From contig DATJTX010000039.1 of assembly GCA_035502855.1 (NCBI GenBank), forward strand, positions 154,066-218,065: a stretch of DNA of 64,000 bases. The letters are read 5' to 3'. Positions 39,092 through 48,715 of the stretch are shown piece after piece. The notes under the pieces were generated by a model. The model did no database searches, was not told the origin of the DNA, and was given only the letters and a program-made list of their open reading frames with translations. This DNA comes from Vulcanimicrobiaceae bacterium. GTDB taxonomy: Bacteria; Vulcanimicrobiota; Vulcanimicrobiia; Vulcanimicrobiales; Vulcanimicrobiaceae. Both the position numbers and the translations under genes were made by a program. Positions within the stretch are counted from its first letter, which is position 1, and each line of letters starts with the position of its first letter.

Positions 39092-40215
39092 GCGGCGCCA
39101 CGCAGACGCGCGAGCAGCCACTGCACGATGCGCGGCGCGGCGTGCGCATCACCGTACGGATTGACCGCGCGTGCCATGCGCGCATAAGCGGCGGGATCGG
39201 TGAGCAGGCGGCGCGCAGCGGCGACGATCGCGGCGCGGTCGTGCCCGACCAGCTCGAGCGTTCCGGCTTCCAGTCCTTCGGGGCGCTCGGTCTCCTCGCG
39301 CATCACCAACACCGGCTTGCCGATCGTCGGCGCTTCCTCTTGTAATCCGCCCGAATCGGTGAGCACGAACGTCGCGGCTTTGACGGCAGCCACCATCGCC
39401 GCGTAATCGATCGGTTCGACCAGCACGACGCCCGGCACGCCGCCCAGCACCTCGAACGCGACCGGCCGCACGCGCGGCGAGGGATGCACCGGCCAATAGA
39501 TCTGCGGGTGAGAGGGCAACAGGGCGATCTCACGCAAGGCTTCGCACATTTCGCGCATGTAGGGATGGTTCTCGCGGCGGTGAGCGGTGACGAGCACCAC
39601 CGCACGCGCCGGATCGAGTTCGTCCAAGCGCGGCGGCACCGGCAGATCGTCGCGCCGCGCGGTTTCGAGGAAGGCGTCGATCACCGTGTTGCCGGTGACG
39701 ATGATGTCATCCGGGCTGACGCTTTCGCGCAGCAGATGTTCGCGCGCCAGCGCCGTCGGTGCGAAGTGGTACGACGCGATCGTGCCGGTCAAACGGCGGT
39801 TCATCTCTTCGGGGAAAGGCAGCCAGCGGTCGTTGGTGCGCAGACCCGCCTCGACGTGGCCGACGGGAATCTGCTGGTAGAACGCGGCCAGCGCGGCGGT
39901 GGTACTGGTCGTCGTGTCGCCGTGCACCAGCACGACGTCGGGCCGCGCTTCCTGCAAAACCGGTTCCATCCCCTCGAGCACGCGCGTCGTGATCTGGGTC
40001 AGCGTTTGGTCGTCGGTCATGATATCCAGATCGAACTGCGGCCGAATCGCGAAGAGATCGAGCAGATCGTCGAGCATCTTGCGGTGCTGCGCCGTCACGC
40101 ACACGAGATCGTCGATTTGCTCGTGCGCGCGCAGCGCGTGCACGACCGGAGCCATCTTGATCGTGTCGGGTCGCGTACCGAACACGGTCATCACGCGCAA
40201 TTTCTTTTCGCTCAT
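39058..40215 (-). CDS. wecB: UDP-N-acetylglucosamine 2-epimerase (non-hydrolysing)
   Basis: 385 aa. LRVMTVFGTRPDTIKMAPV and HVEAGLRT are family hallmarks. Confidence 0.92.
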   Translation of the reverse strand: MSEKKLRVMTVFGTRPDTIKMAPVVHALRAHEQIDDLVCVTAQHRKMLDDLLDLFAIRPQFDLDIMTDDQTLTQITTRVLEGMEPVLQEARPDVVLVHGDTTTSTTAALAAFYQQIPVGHVEAGLRTNDRWLPFPEEMNRRLTGTIASYHFAPTALAREHLLRESVSPDDIIVTGNTVIDAFLETARRDDLPVPPRLDELDPARAVVLVTAHRRENHPYMREMCEALREIALLPSHPQIYWPVHPSPRVRPVAFEVLGGVPGVVLVEPIDYAAMVAAVKAATFVLTDSGGLQEEAPTIGKPVLVMREETERPEGLEAGTLELVGHDRAAIVAAARRLLTDPAAYARMARAVNPYGDAHAAPRIVQWLLARLRGAAYPDAFDVARA

Positions 40216-41289
40216 CTACAGTGAATGACGGAAGACGTGAGTGAACTCGCCCGAGAGCGCGAGCGCGACGAACCCGAGCACGAAACAGACGGCGTAGATC
40301 AGCAGCACGGCCTGGCGCACGTTGAGCCCGAAGCGAAAGATCAGCTGGTGGTGGAAGTGCCCGCGATCGGCTTCGGTTATGCTTTTGCCTGCGCGCGCGC
40401 GCCGGATGATCACGGCTGCCGTGTCGAGGATCGGGAGGGCCAATACGACCAGCGGCACGACGATGGAAATCGCGATCGCGGTCTTGCTCGCGCCGATGAT
40501 CGAAACCGTAGCGAAGACGTACCCGATGAAGAGCGAGCCGGAATCGCCCAAGATGATCTTCGCCGGATTGAAATTGTAGGGCAGAAAGCCGAGCGAGGCG
40601 CCGGCGAGCGCGATGACGACCAGCGCGACCACCGGGTTCGCGTGCACGACCGAGATCGCGAAGAGAAAGAGCGTCGAGATCAGCGTAAACCCCGGGAGCA
40701 AGCCGTCGAGCCCGTCGATGAAGTTGATCGCGTTCATCATGGCGACGTACCAGAAAAGCGTGAGCGGAATCGAAACCCAGATCGGAAAGTCGATCCAGTT
40801 GGTGTGCATGTTGTGGTCGAACGGATTCGTGATGCCGGGGATGATGAAGCCGTAGAGCATCGAGATCAGCGCGACGACGATCTGCGCGAAGAATTTGTTC
40901 CGCGGCCGCATCTGCATGATGTCGTCCCACAGCCCGACGGCCAGGATCAGCATGCTGCCGAAGAGCAGACCGACGAGGCGGTGCACCGCGTCGAATTGAT
41001 CGGCGATCGCGTTGACCTTCTGGTGCACGCCCAGATGGGCGACCGACGGATAGAGCGCGTACGGTGAACTGAGGGCGAAACCCAGGACGACGAAAAGCGC
41101 AAAGGTGAACCCGAAAAAGACCGCGATACCGCCCGTACGCGGCGGAGGCACCGCATGCATGCGCCGCTCGGCTTCCGTTCCGTCGACGATCTCCAGATGG
41201 GTCGCGAGGCGAATCACCAGCGGCGTCGTCGCGGCAACGACGACTGCAGCGACGGCGAAGGTGATGAAGTAGATCAGCGCGGCGGTCAC
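40216..41289 (-). CDS. GT4 polyprenyl-phosphate HexNAc-1-phosphate transferase (WecA/TagO/MraY family)
   Basis: 357 aa with about 10 TM helices and the motif AMMNAINFIDGLDGL. Confidence 0.88.
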   Translation of the reverse strand: MTAALIYFITFAVAAVVVAATTPLVIRLATHLEIVDGTEAERRMHAVPPPRTGGIAVFFGFTFALFVVLGFALSSPYALYPSVAHLGVHQKVNAIADQFDAVHRLVGLLFGSMLILAVGLWDDIMQMRPRNKFFAQIVVALISMLYGFIIPGITNPFDHNMHTNWIDFPIWVSIPLTLFWYVAMMNAINFIDGLDGLLPGFTLISTLFLFAISVVHANPVVALVVIALAGASLGFLPYNFNPAKIILGDSGSLFIGYVFATVSIIGASKTAIAISIVVPLVVLALPILDTAAVIIRRARAGKSITEADRGHFHHQLIFRFGLNVRQAVLLIYAVCFVLGFVALALSGEFTHVFRHSL

Positions 41290-41729
41290 GAGCGCGCGCT
41301 CTCGAGCGAAGCGTACGGGACCAGCGCGACCTCGGCTTCATCGAGCAGTTCGATTGCGACCGGATCCGGGTAGGCTTCATCGTAGACGATCTTGACGATG
41401 CCCGCGCTGATCAACAATTTCGAGCAGCTCACGCACGGCTGGTGCGTACAATACGCGGTCGCGCCCTGGAGTGAGACGCCGTGAAGCGCGCCCTGCACGA
41501 TGGCATTGGCTTCGGCGTGTGTCGCGCGCTGGCAGTGGTCGTTCACGACGATGCAACCCGCTTGCGTGCAATGCGGCACGCCGCGCGGCGCTCCGTTGTA
41601 GCCGGTCGTTAGAATGCGATGCTCGCGCACCAGCACCGCTCCGACCGACGCGCGCGGGCAGGTTGCCCGGGTCGCGACCGTGCGCGCGATCTGCATGAAA
41701 TACTCGTCCCAGCCGGGACGCAGGTTCAC
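41286..41729 (-). CDS. dCMP deaminase / ComEB-type deoxycytidylate deaminase
   Basis: The zinc motifs HAEANAI and PCVSCSKLL are present. Confidence 0.88.
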   Translation of the reverse strand: MNLRPGWDEYFMQIARTVATRATCPRASVGAVLVREHRILTTGYNGAPRGVPHCTQAGCIVVNDHCQRATHAEANAIVQGALHGVSLQGATAYCTHQPCVSCSKLLISAGIVKIVYDEAYPDPVAIELLDEAEVALVPYASLESARS

Positions 41730-42397
41730 GGCGTTCGCACCCGCATCGCGGCCGGCACCGAGGTGAGGCTGCCGAACATCCGATCGCCGGCATCGCCCAG
41801 ACCCGGCACGATATAGGCGTGATCGTTCAGCCCCGCGTCGAGCGCGGCCGCCACGATGACCGCCTGCGGATGCGCGGCGTGCACGCGCCGCACGCCTTCG
41901 GGTGCGGCGATGACGCAGACAAACGTCATCGCGCGCGCACCGCGTTCGGCCAACGCATCGAGTGCGGCGACGCCCGAGTTTCCGGTGGCGAGCATCGGAT
42001 CGAGAACGAAGACGTGACGATCGCCCAGCTCCGGCGGCATGTTCGCGTAGTAGGGCACCGGACGCAACGACTCGGGGTCGCGATAAAAACCCAAATGCGC
42101 CACGACCGCGTCGTCGATCACATCGAGAAAGCCGGGCAACAGTCCCAGCCCCGCGCGCAATACCGGAGCGACGACGGGGCGCGTCGCGATGCGCTGCGCG
42201 GTCGTCTCGATCAACGGTGTGGTGATGCGTTCCTCGCGCAGCGGAAGCGAACGGGTCGCCTCATAGGCGAGAAACGCGCCCAGCTCTTCGATCAGCTTTC
42301 GGAAGACGGGCGTCGCGGTCGAGCGATCGCGGAGACGGGCGAGACGATCGGCGACGGCCGGGTGATCGACGACGTGGAGGGTGGAGCTCCCTGGCAT
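41726..42397 (-). CDS. upp: uracil phosphoribosyltransferase
   Basis: LHVVDHPAVADRLARLRD and the PRPP loop FVLDPMLATGNS are present. The start was trimmed to ATG 42397, and the listed ORF to 42727 is an upstream extension. Confidence 0.9.
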   Translation of the reverse strand: MPGSSTLHVVDHPAVADRLARLRDRSTATPVFRKLIEELGAFLAYEATRSLPLREERITTPLIETTAQRIATRPVVAPVLRAGLGLLPGFLDVIDDAVVAHLGFYRDPESLRPVPYYANMPPELGDRHVFVLDPMLATGNSGVAALDALAERGARAMTFVCVIAAPEGVRRVHAAHPQAVIVAAALDAGLNDHAYIVPGLGDAGDRMFGSLTSVPAAMRVRTP

Positions 42398-42412
42398 GCA
42401 ACTCGGTTTCGT

Positions 42413-43900
42413 ATGCGCGCACGCGATACCTGGGTGTTGCTCGCGACGATCGTCGGCTCGAGCCTCGTGTTCATCGACGGTTCGGTCGTTGCACTCGCGT
42501 TGCCGGAAATCCAGCGCGAATTTCACACGTCCGCCGGCAACGTCGCGTGGATCGTCGAACTTTATACGCTTGTTCTCGGATCGTTGATGCTGCTGGGCGG
42601 CGCACTCGCCGATCGCTACGGCCGTAAGCGCATTTTCATTTTGGGCGCAGCGCTCTTCGCGTGCAGCTCGATCGGCTGTGCGTTCGCGTGGTCTATTCCA
42701 TCGATGCTCGTTGCGCGGACGATACAAGGATTGGGCGGCATGCTGCTTGCGCCGGCGAGCCTAGCGATCCTCGGAGATCATTTTTCGGGCGATGCCCGCG
42801 GTCGCGCCATCGCCGCGTGGTCGGCCTTTAGCGCGCTGACCTCTACGCTCGGACCCGCACTCGGCGGCGCGTTGATCGACACGTTTGGTTGGCGCTCGGT
42901 CTTCTGGATCACCGTTCCGCTTGCCGCACTGGTCGTCGTCTCGTCGCTGCGCCATGTGAGCGAAAGCCGCAATCCCGATGCACCGCGCGAACTCGACCTG
43001 CTCGGAGCGCTGCTCGGCACGCTCGGGCTCGGCGGCATCACGTTCGCGTTGATCGTTGCAAGCTCAAGCGGGTGGAGAAATCCGAGTGTCGACGCCGCGG
43101 CCGCGGGCGGCGTCGCGCTCCTGGGGCTCTTTCTCGTACGCGAACGTCGCGCGCGCGCACCACTCGTGCCGCCCGCTATTTTCTCTTCGCGTACCTTTGG
43201 TGCGATCAACCTGGCAACGCTCTTTCTTTACGGCGCGCTCGGCGGGCTGTTCTACGAGCTTCCCTTTGCGATGATCCAAGCACATCATTACACCGCGCTG
43301 CAAACCGCGTTCGCGACGCTCCCGATGCCGCTGGCGCTGGTTGTGCTCTCGCGCGCGGGGGCCATGCTAGCGAGGCGCTTCGGTCCGCGCCTCGTGCTGA
43401 CGATCGGACCGTCGGTCGTCGCCGCCGGTTTTGCTTTGCTGGCGCTGCTCGAACCGCGGCAGGGTTACGTAGTCGGATTTCTGCCGGGTTTGCTCGGCGT
43501 CGGGCTCGGTATGGGTATTACCGTCGCGCCGCTCACCACGACCATGATCGGCGCCGCCGACGCGGGCGACGTCGGCATCGCCTCGGGCATCAACAACGCG
43601 GTCTCGCGCATCGCCGGATTACTTGCGATCGCTGCGCTCACCGTATTGCTCGCGGCGCTCTACGACCGTTCGATGAATCGCTCGCTCGACGCGCTTCACG
43701 CGACCGCGCACCAGCGTCTCGCCGCCGCAGCGCAGAGCGACCGCCTCGGGGGCGCGCATTTCAGCGATCCTGCGATTGCGCGCGCCTCGATTCATGCATT
43801 CGAGAGCGGATTTCGCGGCGTCGCGTTTGCCTGCGCGCTCTTGGCGGCGCTCGCCGCTGCAGTCGACGCGCTCGGCATCGACGAAGCCAAGCTTCGTTAG
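42413..43900 (+). CDS. MFS efflux transporter, DHA2 (EmrB/QacA-like)
   Basis: MRARDTWVLLATIVGSSLVFIDGSVVALALPEIQ..., motif A is GGALADRYGRKRIF, and about 14 hydrophobic helices are present. The start was trimmed to ATG 42413. Confidence 0.85.
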   Translation: MRARDTWVLLATIVGSSLVFIDGSVVALALPEIQREFHTSAGNVAWIVELYTLVLGSLMLLGGALADRYGRKRIFILGAALFACSSIGCAFAWSIPSMLVARTIQGLGGMLLAPASLAILGDHFSGDARGRAIAAWSAFSALTSTLGPALGGALIDTFGWRSVFWITVPLAALVVVSSLRHVSESRNPDAPRELDLLGALLGTLGLGGITFALIVASSSGWRNPSVDAAAAGGVALLGLFLVRERRARAPLVPPAIFSSRTFGAINLATLFLYGALGGLFYELPFAMIQAHHYTALQTAFATLPMPLALVVLSRAGAMLARRFGPRLVLTIGPSVVAAGFALLALLEPRQGYVVGFLPGLLGVGLGMGITVAPLTTTMIGAADAGDVGIASGINNAVSRIAGLLAIAALTVLLAALYDRSMNRSLDALHATAHQRLAAAAQSDRLGGAHFSDPAIARASIHAFESGFRGVAFACALLAALAAAVDALGIDEAKLR

Positions 43901-43912
43901 CGCATACCGGCG

Positions 43913-44587
43913 CTAGCGAATACCGGCGCCGAGCTCGTCGAGCACGCTCTCGACCGCGTGGAGTCCCGGTATCGTGCGCTCGTTGCGCATGCCCGCCAGC
44001 GCGCCCCGCCGATTGACCCACACGCTGTGGAACCCGGCTTGACTCGCTCCCATCGCGTCCCAGTCGTTGGACGAGAAAAAGAGGACGTCTTCGGGATATA
44101 GGCCGTTGGTCGTGACTTGACCGTAGACGGCCGCGTTCGGCTTGTACACCTTGACCGTGTCAGCCGAAAGCACGTCGCGGAAATACTCGGCGATTTCCGC
44201 GTGCGCGAGCGCGTTACGCGCGGTCGACGCGACCGCATTGGTAAGGGCGAGTATCGGCAGCTTACGGGTGGTGATCGTCTGGAGCGCCGGCAGCACGTCG
44301 TCGAAGACCGGCAACGCAGCCCACGCGTCGATCAGGCGCTTCTGGTCGGACGGCGCAAGGCGGAGGTGGAAGCGCGGCGCGATCTCATGAAGTGCGACGA
44401 GCGTGACCCGATCGAAGTCCATGTAGCGCCCGCTCGAATTTGCAACGCCGGCGAGCTGCAGTTGGCGACGCCTCCATTCCTCGCACATCGCTTCGGCCAT
44501 TGGGGTGTACTCGCGTACCAGCGGCTCCAATCCGTCCAAGTCGAAGAGGGTGCCGTACAGATCGAAACAGACTACCGAAACCGCCAC
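43913..44587 (-). CDS. HAD-superfamily hydrolase, type II haloacid dehalogenase-like
   Basis: CFDLYGTLFDL (nucleophile Asp), VYKPNAAVYG and SSNDWDAMGASQAGFHSVWVNR are present. Confidence 0.85.
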   Translation of the reverse strand: MAVSVVCFDLYGTLFDLDGLEPLVREYTPMAEAMCEEWRRRQLQLAGVANSSGRYMDFDRVTLVALHEIAPRFHLRLAPSDQKRLIDAWAALPVFDDVLPALQTITTRKLPILALTNAVASTARNALAHAEIAEYFRDVLSADTVKVYKPNAAVYGQVTTNGLYPEDVLFFSSNDWDAMGASQAGFHSVWVNRRGALAGMRNERTIPGLHAVESVLDELGAGIR

Positions 44588-44605
44588 GGCTCCGCGTTTC
44601 GCGCT

Positions 44606-45673
44606 TTATATCGCGCGTTCTTCTTGCTGAGTCTCGGCCCAGAGCTTGCGTGCAACCGTACCGATCGAACCGGAGGCCTGCGCCCCGAGTGACGCTGCAA
44701 TCGCGGTGAGCGCGCCGGCCGCTTGCCGGTGCGCGATCTCGATCTCGCCGGCCTCCAAATCGAAGCCGACGCCGTTCGACGTCGGCGTGCGTGCCTGTTC
44801 GAGGTTTACCTCGAGGCCGATGGAGGGCTCGAGTGTGCGCTCGATCTGCTTACGGTAGAGCGCGGACCGGGCGAGCGCATCCGCATCGATCGTGGCATCG
44901 GTGTAGGGGAGCGATTTGCACGCAGTGACCAGCCAGAACGCCAAGAAACTCCTGTACAGCACGGCAGCGGGCGCGCTCTCGACGAACCGGACGCTCTGCG
45001 CAAGCACCTTTTCGAAATCCCGGCCGCGAATCGACGGAAGACGGAGACCAAATTGCGCGACAGTGAGCGCCACCATGGGTTCGGCTTGGTTGCGAGCAAG
45101 AATCGCGAGCGGAGCGGCAAGAAAGTAGACGTCTCCGGATTGCGTCCGGCGCCGCGCCGAGTTCCACTGCGCGATCGGATCGCGCACGATTCCCAGGTGA
45201 AATGCACGGGGGAAATGCGCGCGCATCCACGCGACCCTTCCAAGGGAACGGCAAAATTTGAAGACGGCGGTCTTGTTGGACCTGCGCGCGAGTTCGATCA
45301 ACGAGGAGAGATAGGCAAAAAGCTTCGGCTCGAGCGCGTCGCGCTCGATAAAATACCGATCGAATGCGAAAGCGCGATCGTAGCGCGTCACGCCGCGCCG
45401 CTTGATGAGCGGCGTGAACTCCTCGAAGTACGGAGCGCCGGCAGGATGCCCCGAGTCCCAGCTCGCCGGTCCCGATTTTCGAATGCCGTCGACGGTCATA
45501 TCGTGGAGCAGCTCGTGCAAAGGTTCATAGAAGGCCATCGTGTGAGCCTTGGAACGAAACTCACTCCAAATCCAAGTCCCGGCAGAACGCCAGCCGCTAT
45601 GAATGAAGACGGCTTCGGTCGCCGGCGAAATCGAACCGTGTGAGGATGAGACCCGATGGTTAGCGATTAACAC
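44606..45673 (-). CDS. hypothetical protein, sulfotransferase-like (tentative)
   Basis: 355 aa with a GTG start. FIHSGWRSAGTWIW resembles a 5'-PSB loop, and LGIVRDPIAQWNS resembles the RxP...S 3'-PB motif of sulfotransferases. This is eye-matching only. Confidence 0.4.
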   Translation of the reverse strand: MLIANHRVSSSHGSISPATEAVFIHSGWRSAGTWIWSEFRSKAHTMAFYEPLHELLHDMTVDGIRKSGPASWDSGHPAGAPYFEEFTPLIKRRGVTRYDRAFAFDRYFIERDALEPKLFAYLSSLIELARRSNKTAVFKFCRSLGRVAWMRAHFPRAFHLGIVRDPIAQWNSARRRTQSGDVYFLAAPLAILARNQAEPMVALTVAQFGLRLPSIRGRDFEKVLAQSVRFVESAPAAVLYRSFLAFWLVTACKSLPYTDATIDADALARSALYRKQIERTLEPSIGLEVNLEQARTPTSNGVGFDLEAGEIEIAHRQAAGALTAIAASLGAQASGSIGTVARKLWAETQQEERAI

Positions 45674-45757
45674 CTAATGGACACGATACGCCGTGACCTG
45701 AGAGTCCGTTGAGAGCGCGTGCGTTAAAGCCGCGAAAGCACGCGAGCTATTGCTTGC

Positions 45758-47005
45758 TTATGGCACGTCAAATCGCGACGTGAGGTCGCGGACCCGCCCG
45801 CGCAACCGTTCTATTGCGACTTCGGTCTCAATATCGGCCAACGCGTCGACCATGATGCGCGCGACCTCGCGACATTCCTCGATCCCCAGTCCGCGCGAGG
45901 TGATGGCGGGGGTTCCGATCCGGATACCGCTTGCGACCACCGGCTTCTGCTGGTCGTAGGGGATCGCGTTCTTGTTGACCGTGATGCCGATTCGATCTAA
46001 GTACGCTTCGACCGCACGTCCGGTCAGGTTTTTGACCGACACGTCGACCAGCATCAAGTGGGTATCGGTGCCGCCCGCGACCAGGCGCAGACCGCCGCGC
46101 ACGAACTCCTCGGCCATCGCGCGCGCATTGTCGATCACATTGCGTTGATAGGTTTTGAACGAGGGCTGCAGCGCTTCGCCGAACGCGACGGCTTTGGCCG
46201 CGATCGTGTGCATCAACGGGCCGCCTTGAATGCCCGGAAAGACGCTCTTGTCGATCGCCTGCGCATAGGCTGCTTTGCAGAGCACGAAGCCGCCGCGCGG
46301 ACCGCGCAGCGTCTTGTGCGTCGTCGAGGTGACGAATTCGGCGAACGGAATCGGCGAGGGATGGAGATCCACCGCGACGAGTCCCGCGATGTGCGCCATG
46401 TCGACCAACAGCGCGGCGCCGACCTCGTCGGCGATCTCGCGGAACGGCGCGTACTCCATCACGCGCGGATACGCGCTCGCGCCGGCGATGATCAGCTTCG
46501 GTTTGTGTTCGCGCGCCAGCGCGCGCACTTCCTCGAAATCGATCAGCTCCGTATCTTTGCGCACGCCGTATGCGACCGCGTTATACAATTTGCCGCTGAA
46601 ACTGACTTTGGTGCCGTGGGTGAGATGGCCGCCGTGTGCGAGCGACATGCCGAGCACGGTGTCGCCGGGCTGCAACTGCGCCATGAACACCGCCATGTTG
46701 GCTTGCGCGCCGGCGTGGGGCTGCACGTTGGCATGATCGGCGCCGAAGAGCTGCTGCAGACGTTCGAGCGCCAAACTCTCGGCCACGTCGACCCACTCGC
46801 ATCCACCATAGTAGCGCTTGCCCGGATAGCCTTCCGCATACTTGTTGGTCATCACGCATGCCATCGCTTCGCGCACCGCGCGGCTGGCGTAATTTTCCGA
46901 TGCGATCAGCTCGAGGTTTTCTTTTTGGCGGCGTTCCTCGCCGGCGATCGCCGCGTAGAGCTGCGGATCCTGGGCTTCGAGCGTGCTCGTGGTCAGAATA
47001 TCCAT
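45758..47005 (-). CDS. glyA: serine hydroxymethyltransferase
   Basis: 415 aa with [10 protein letters not shown] and the PLP-lysine context [12 protein letters not shown]. Confidence 0.97.
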   Translation of the reverse strand: MDILTTSTLEAQDPQLYAAIAGEERRQKENLELIASENYASRAVREAMACVMTNKYAEGYPGKRYYGGCEWVDVAESLALERLQQLFGADHANVQPHAGAQANMAVFMAQLQPGDTVLGMSLAHGGHLTHGTKVSFSGKLYNAVAYGVRKDTELIDFEEVRALAREHKPKLIIAGASAYPRVMEYAPFREIADEVGAALLVDMAHIAGLVAVDLHPSPIPFAEFVTSTTHKTLRGPRGGFVLCKAAYAQAIDKSVFPGIQGGPLMHTIAAKAVAFGEALQPSFKTYQRNVIDNARAMAEEFVRGGLRLVAGGTDTHLMLVDVSVKNLTGRAVEAYLDRIGITVNKNAIPYDQQKPVVASGIRIGTPAITSRGLGIEECREVARIMVDALADIETEVAIERLRGRVRDLTSRFDVP

Positions 47006-47015
47006 GAGGTTCCTC

Positions 47016-47543
47016 TCAGAGCAGGTCTTTCGGCGTAGCGGCGCCCGTCACTTTGCCCGCCTCGATCGCTTCGAGGGTGCGCTCGCGCTGCGCGTCGCCG
47101 AATTCGAAGAGCTGCTCGACGCGATGCTTGTGTCGCGCGCCCGCGGGCGTATCGCCCTCGAACGGTGCGTGCAGAAAAACGTCGACGATGCGTTCGATCA
47201 TGTCCCATCCGGTCAGACGCTCCGAGAGCGCGAGCACGTTGGCGTCGTTGTGCCCGCGCGCGAGTTCCGCCGAATACGGCTCGGCCACGACCGCGCAGCG
47301 CACGCCCGGCACTTTGTTCGCCGCGATCGAGATGCCCAAACTCGATCCGCACACCACGATGCCGCGCTCCGCTTGACCGCTGGCGACTGCCTCGCCAACG
47401 GCGTAGCCATACTGCGGATAATCCACCGGCGTCGGACCGTGCGTGCCGTAATCCAGAATCGTATGGCCGGCGTCGCGCAAGATCTGCGCGATGCGGTCTT
47501 TGTATTCGTATCCGGCGTGATCGGCCCCCAATGCAATGCGCAT
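47016..47543 (-). CDS. rpiB: ribose-5-phosphate isomerase B
   Basis: [18 protein letters not shown]... and [14 protein letters not shown] are present, with a ~25-aa C-terminal extension. Confidence 0.92.
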   Translation of the reverse strand: MRIALGADHAGYEYKDRIAQILRDAGHTILDYGTHGPTPVDYPQYGYAVGEAVASGQAERGIVVCGSSLGISIAANKVPGVRCAVVAEPYSAELARGHNDANVLALSERLTGWDMIERIVDVFLHAPFEGDTPAGARHKHRVEQLFEFGDAQRERTLEAIEAGKVTGAATPKDLL

Positions 47544-47584
47544 GGAGCGAGTTGTTCAAGCGCGGCCTGTAGCACTACTGCTCA

Positions 47585-47696
47585 AAAGGCGCTCCGGCCT
47601 AGCCTCCGCGCCCCCCACTTCGTGGGGCCCCCGGACCATGGGCCGCATAAACACACCTGCCCATTGAACGTTCCCCTGGGGCGGCCCTAAACATCA
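47585..47696. repeat. ~112-nt GC-rich double-hairpin element, long copy 2 (inverted relative to 29650..29760)
   Basis: aaaGGCGC-TCC-GGC-CTA-GCC-TCC-GCGCC-CCCCAC-TTC-GTGGGG-CCCCC..., then ...cataaac...ttcccctggggcggccctaaacatca. It lies in the divergent spacer between rpiB and 47749..48459. Confidence 0.8.
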
Positions 47697-47748
47697 TTTC
47701 CTCGGTGCCGACATGTACCGAGACCGTGTCGATTGAAACCTGGTATGC

Positions 47749-48459
47749 GTGAAATTCGCGTGCAGCAGCGGTGCGTTCGATCGAGCCTTCCGAAGCGGGG
47801 ATCTCACCCAGCTCGAGTTTCTCGATGCCGCGGCGCGTGAGATCGGATGCGACGGCGTGGTCTTGGACGACCGGCATTTTCCGCGCATCGACGACGACTA
47901 CCTCGCCCAGCTGAAGAAGGCTGCGACCGATCTCGGGCTGTCGATCGCTGCGCTGGCAAGCGACGAGTTTTTCGTCGCCGGTGAGGTCACGATGCACGAC
48001 GCGATCGAACGCGCACGAGCGCTCGGTGCGCCGGTGCTGAGCGGACGCCTCGGCAACGAGACCGCACTCACTTGGAGCGAACAGCTCGACAAACTCGGTG
48101 CTGCTGCCGCTCTGGCCAAAGCGGCAAACGTCACGTTGGCGCTGCGCAACGCGCCTGGGAGCTTCGCGGCCACCGTACACGACTGCAAACGCGTGACCAA
48201 AGAGACCGATTCCGCCTGGCTGCGCTACGGGCTCGATCCGGCAGTTTTCGACGCCGCCAGCGATGCGAGTGCGCTCGCCCCAAAAACGGTGCTGCTGTGG
48301 TGGGACGCGCGGGAGCCGGTACGGCTGCGCGGGTGGGAAGACTTTCGCGGCTTCGCGGTGCTCGACCGCGGCGACGGCGACGCGACGACCACCGAAATGC
48401 GCGACGCGATCTTCCGCTGGAAGATCGCGCGCGATGAATTCGAACTCAACCGCGCGTAG
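47749..48459 (+). CDS. sugar phosphate isomerase/epimerase (xylose-isomerase-like TIM barrel)
   Basis: 236 aa. MKFACSSGAFDR...LEFLDAAAREIGCDGVVL and the later LALRNAPGSF are typical of the AP_endonuc_2/TIM family. Confidence 0.7.
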   Translation: MKFACSSGAFDRAFRSGDLTQLEFLDAAAREIGCDGVVLDDRHFPRIDDDYLAQLKKAATDLGLSIAALASDEFFVAGEVTMHDAIERARALGAPVLSGRLGNETALTWSEQLDKLGAAAALAKAANVTLALRNAPGSFAATVHDCKRVTKETDSAWLRYGLDPAVFDAASDASALAPKTVLLWWDAREPVRLRGWEDFRGFAVLDRGDGDATTTEMRDAIFRWKIARDEFELNRA

Positions 48460-48715
48460 CGTCTGCCAATGCGAGGTAACTGAACCTGCGTTCTCGCAGG
48501 TGGGTGCGGCCCGGGCGCTTTGCGGGCAGGCACGAGGCCCAAGCCCTCTCGTCGTATCCGGAGCTGGTGCTCCCTAGGTCAACCAAGTCGGTTCGGCACC
48601 TATGGCACGGTGCGCGCTTGGCACAGTCGAGCCTTACTACCGTACCACTCTCCGTCAAGAGGTTCCGCCTGGAGGCAGGGGTTGACACCGGGCGTCCTGC
48701 GCGTGATGGAGAGGC

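Noticed and set aside
39707-41380. 557-aa minus-strand ORF
   Set aside because: It is an alternative frame across wecB and the wecA-like gene, both of which have clear family motifs in their own frames. The translation is extremely Arg/Pro/Ala-rich.
45674-45757. Terminator hairpin after glyA (gcgcgtgc...gcacgcg(a)gc)
   Set aside because: The stem is bulged, the loop is about 15 nt and no U-tract follows. It is too weak to annotate as a feature.
48460-48715. Known riboswitch, 6S, SRP, RNase P or tmRNA identity for the hairpin-rich 256-nt spacer
   Set aside because: I could not find any signature motif of these families (B12 box, TPP CUGAGA, SRP GGAA/AGCA loop, RNase P GAGGAAAGUCC). I kept it only as an unexplained leader under the findings.
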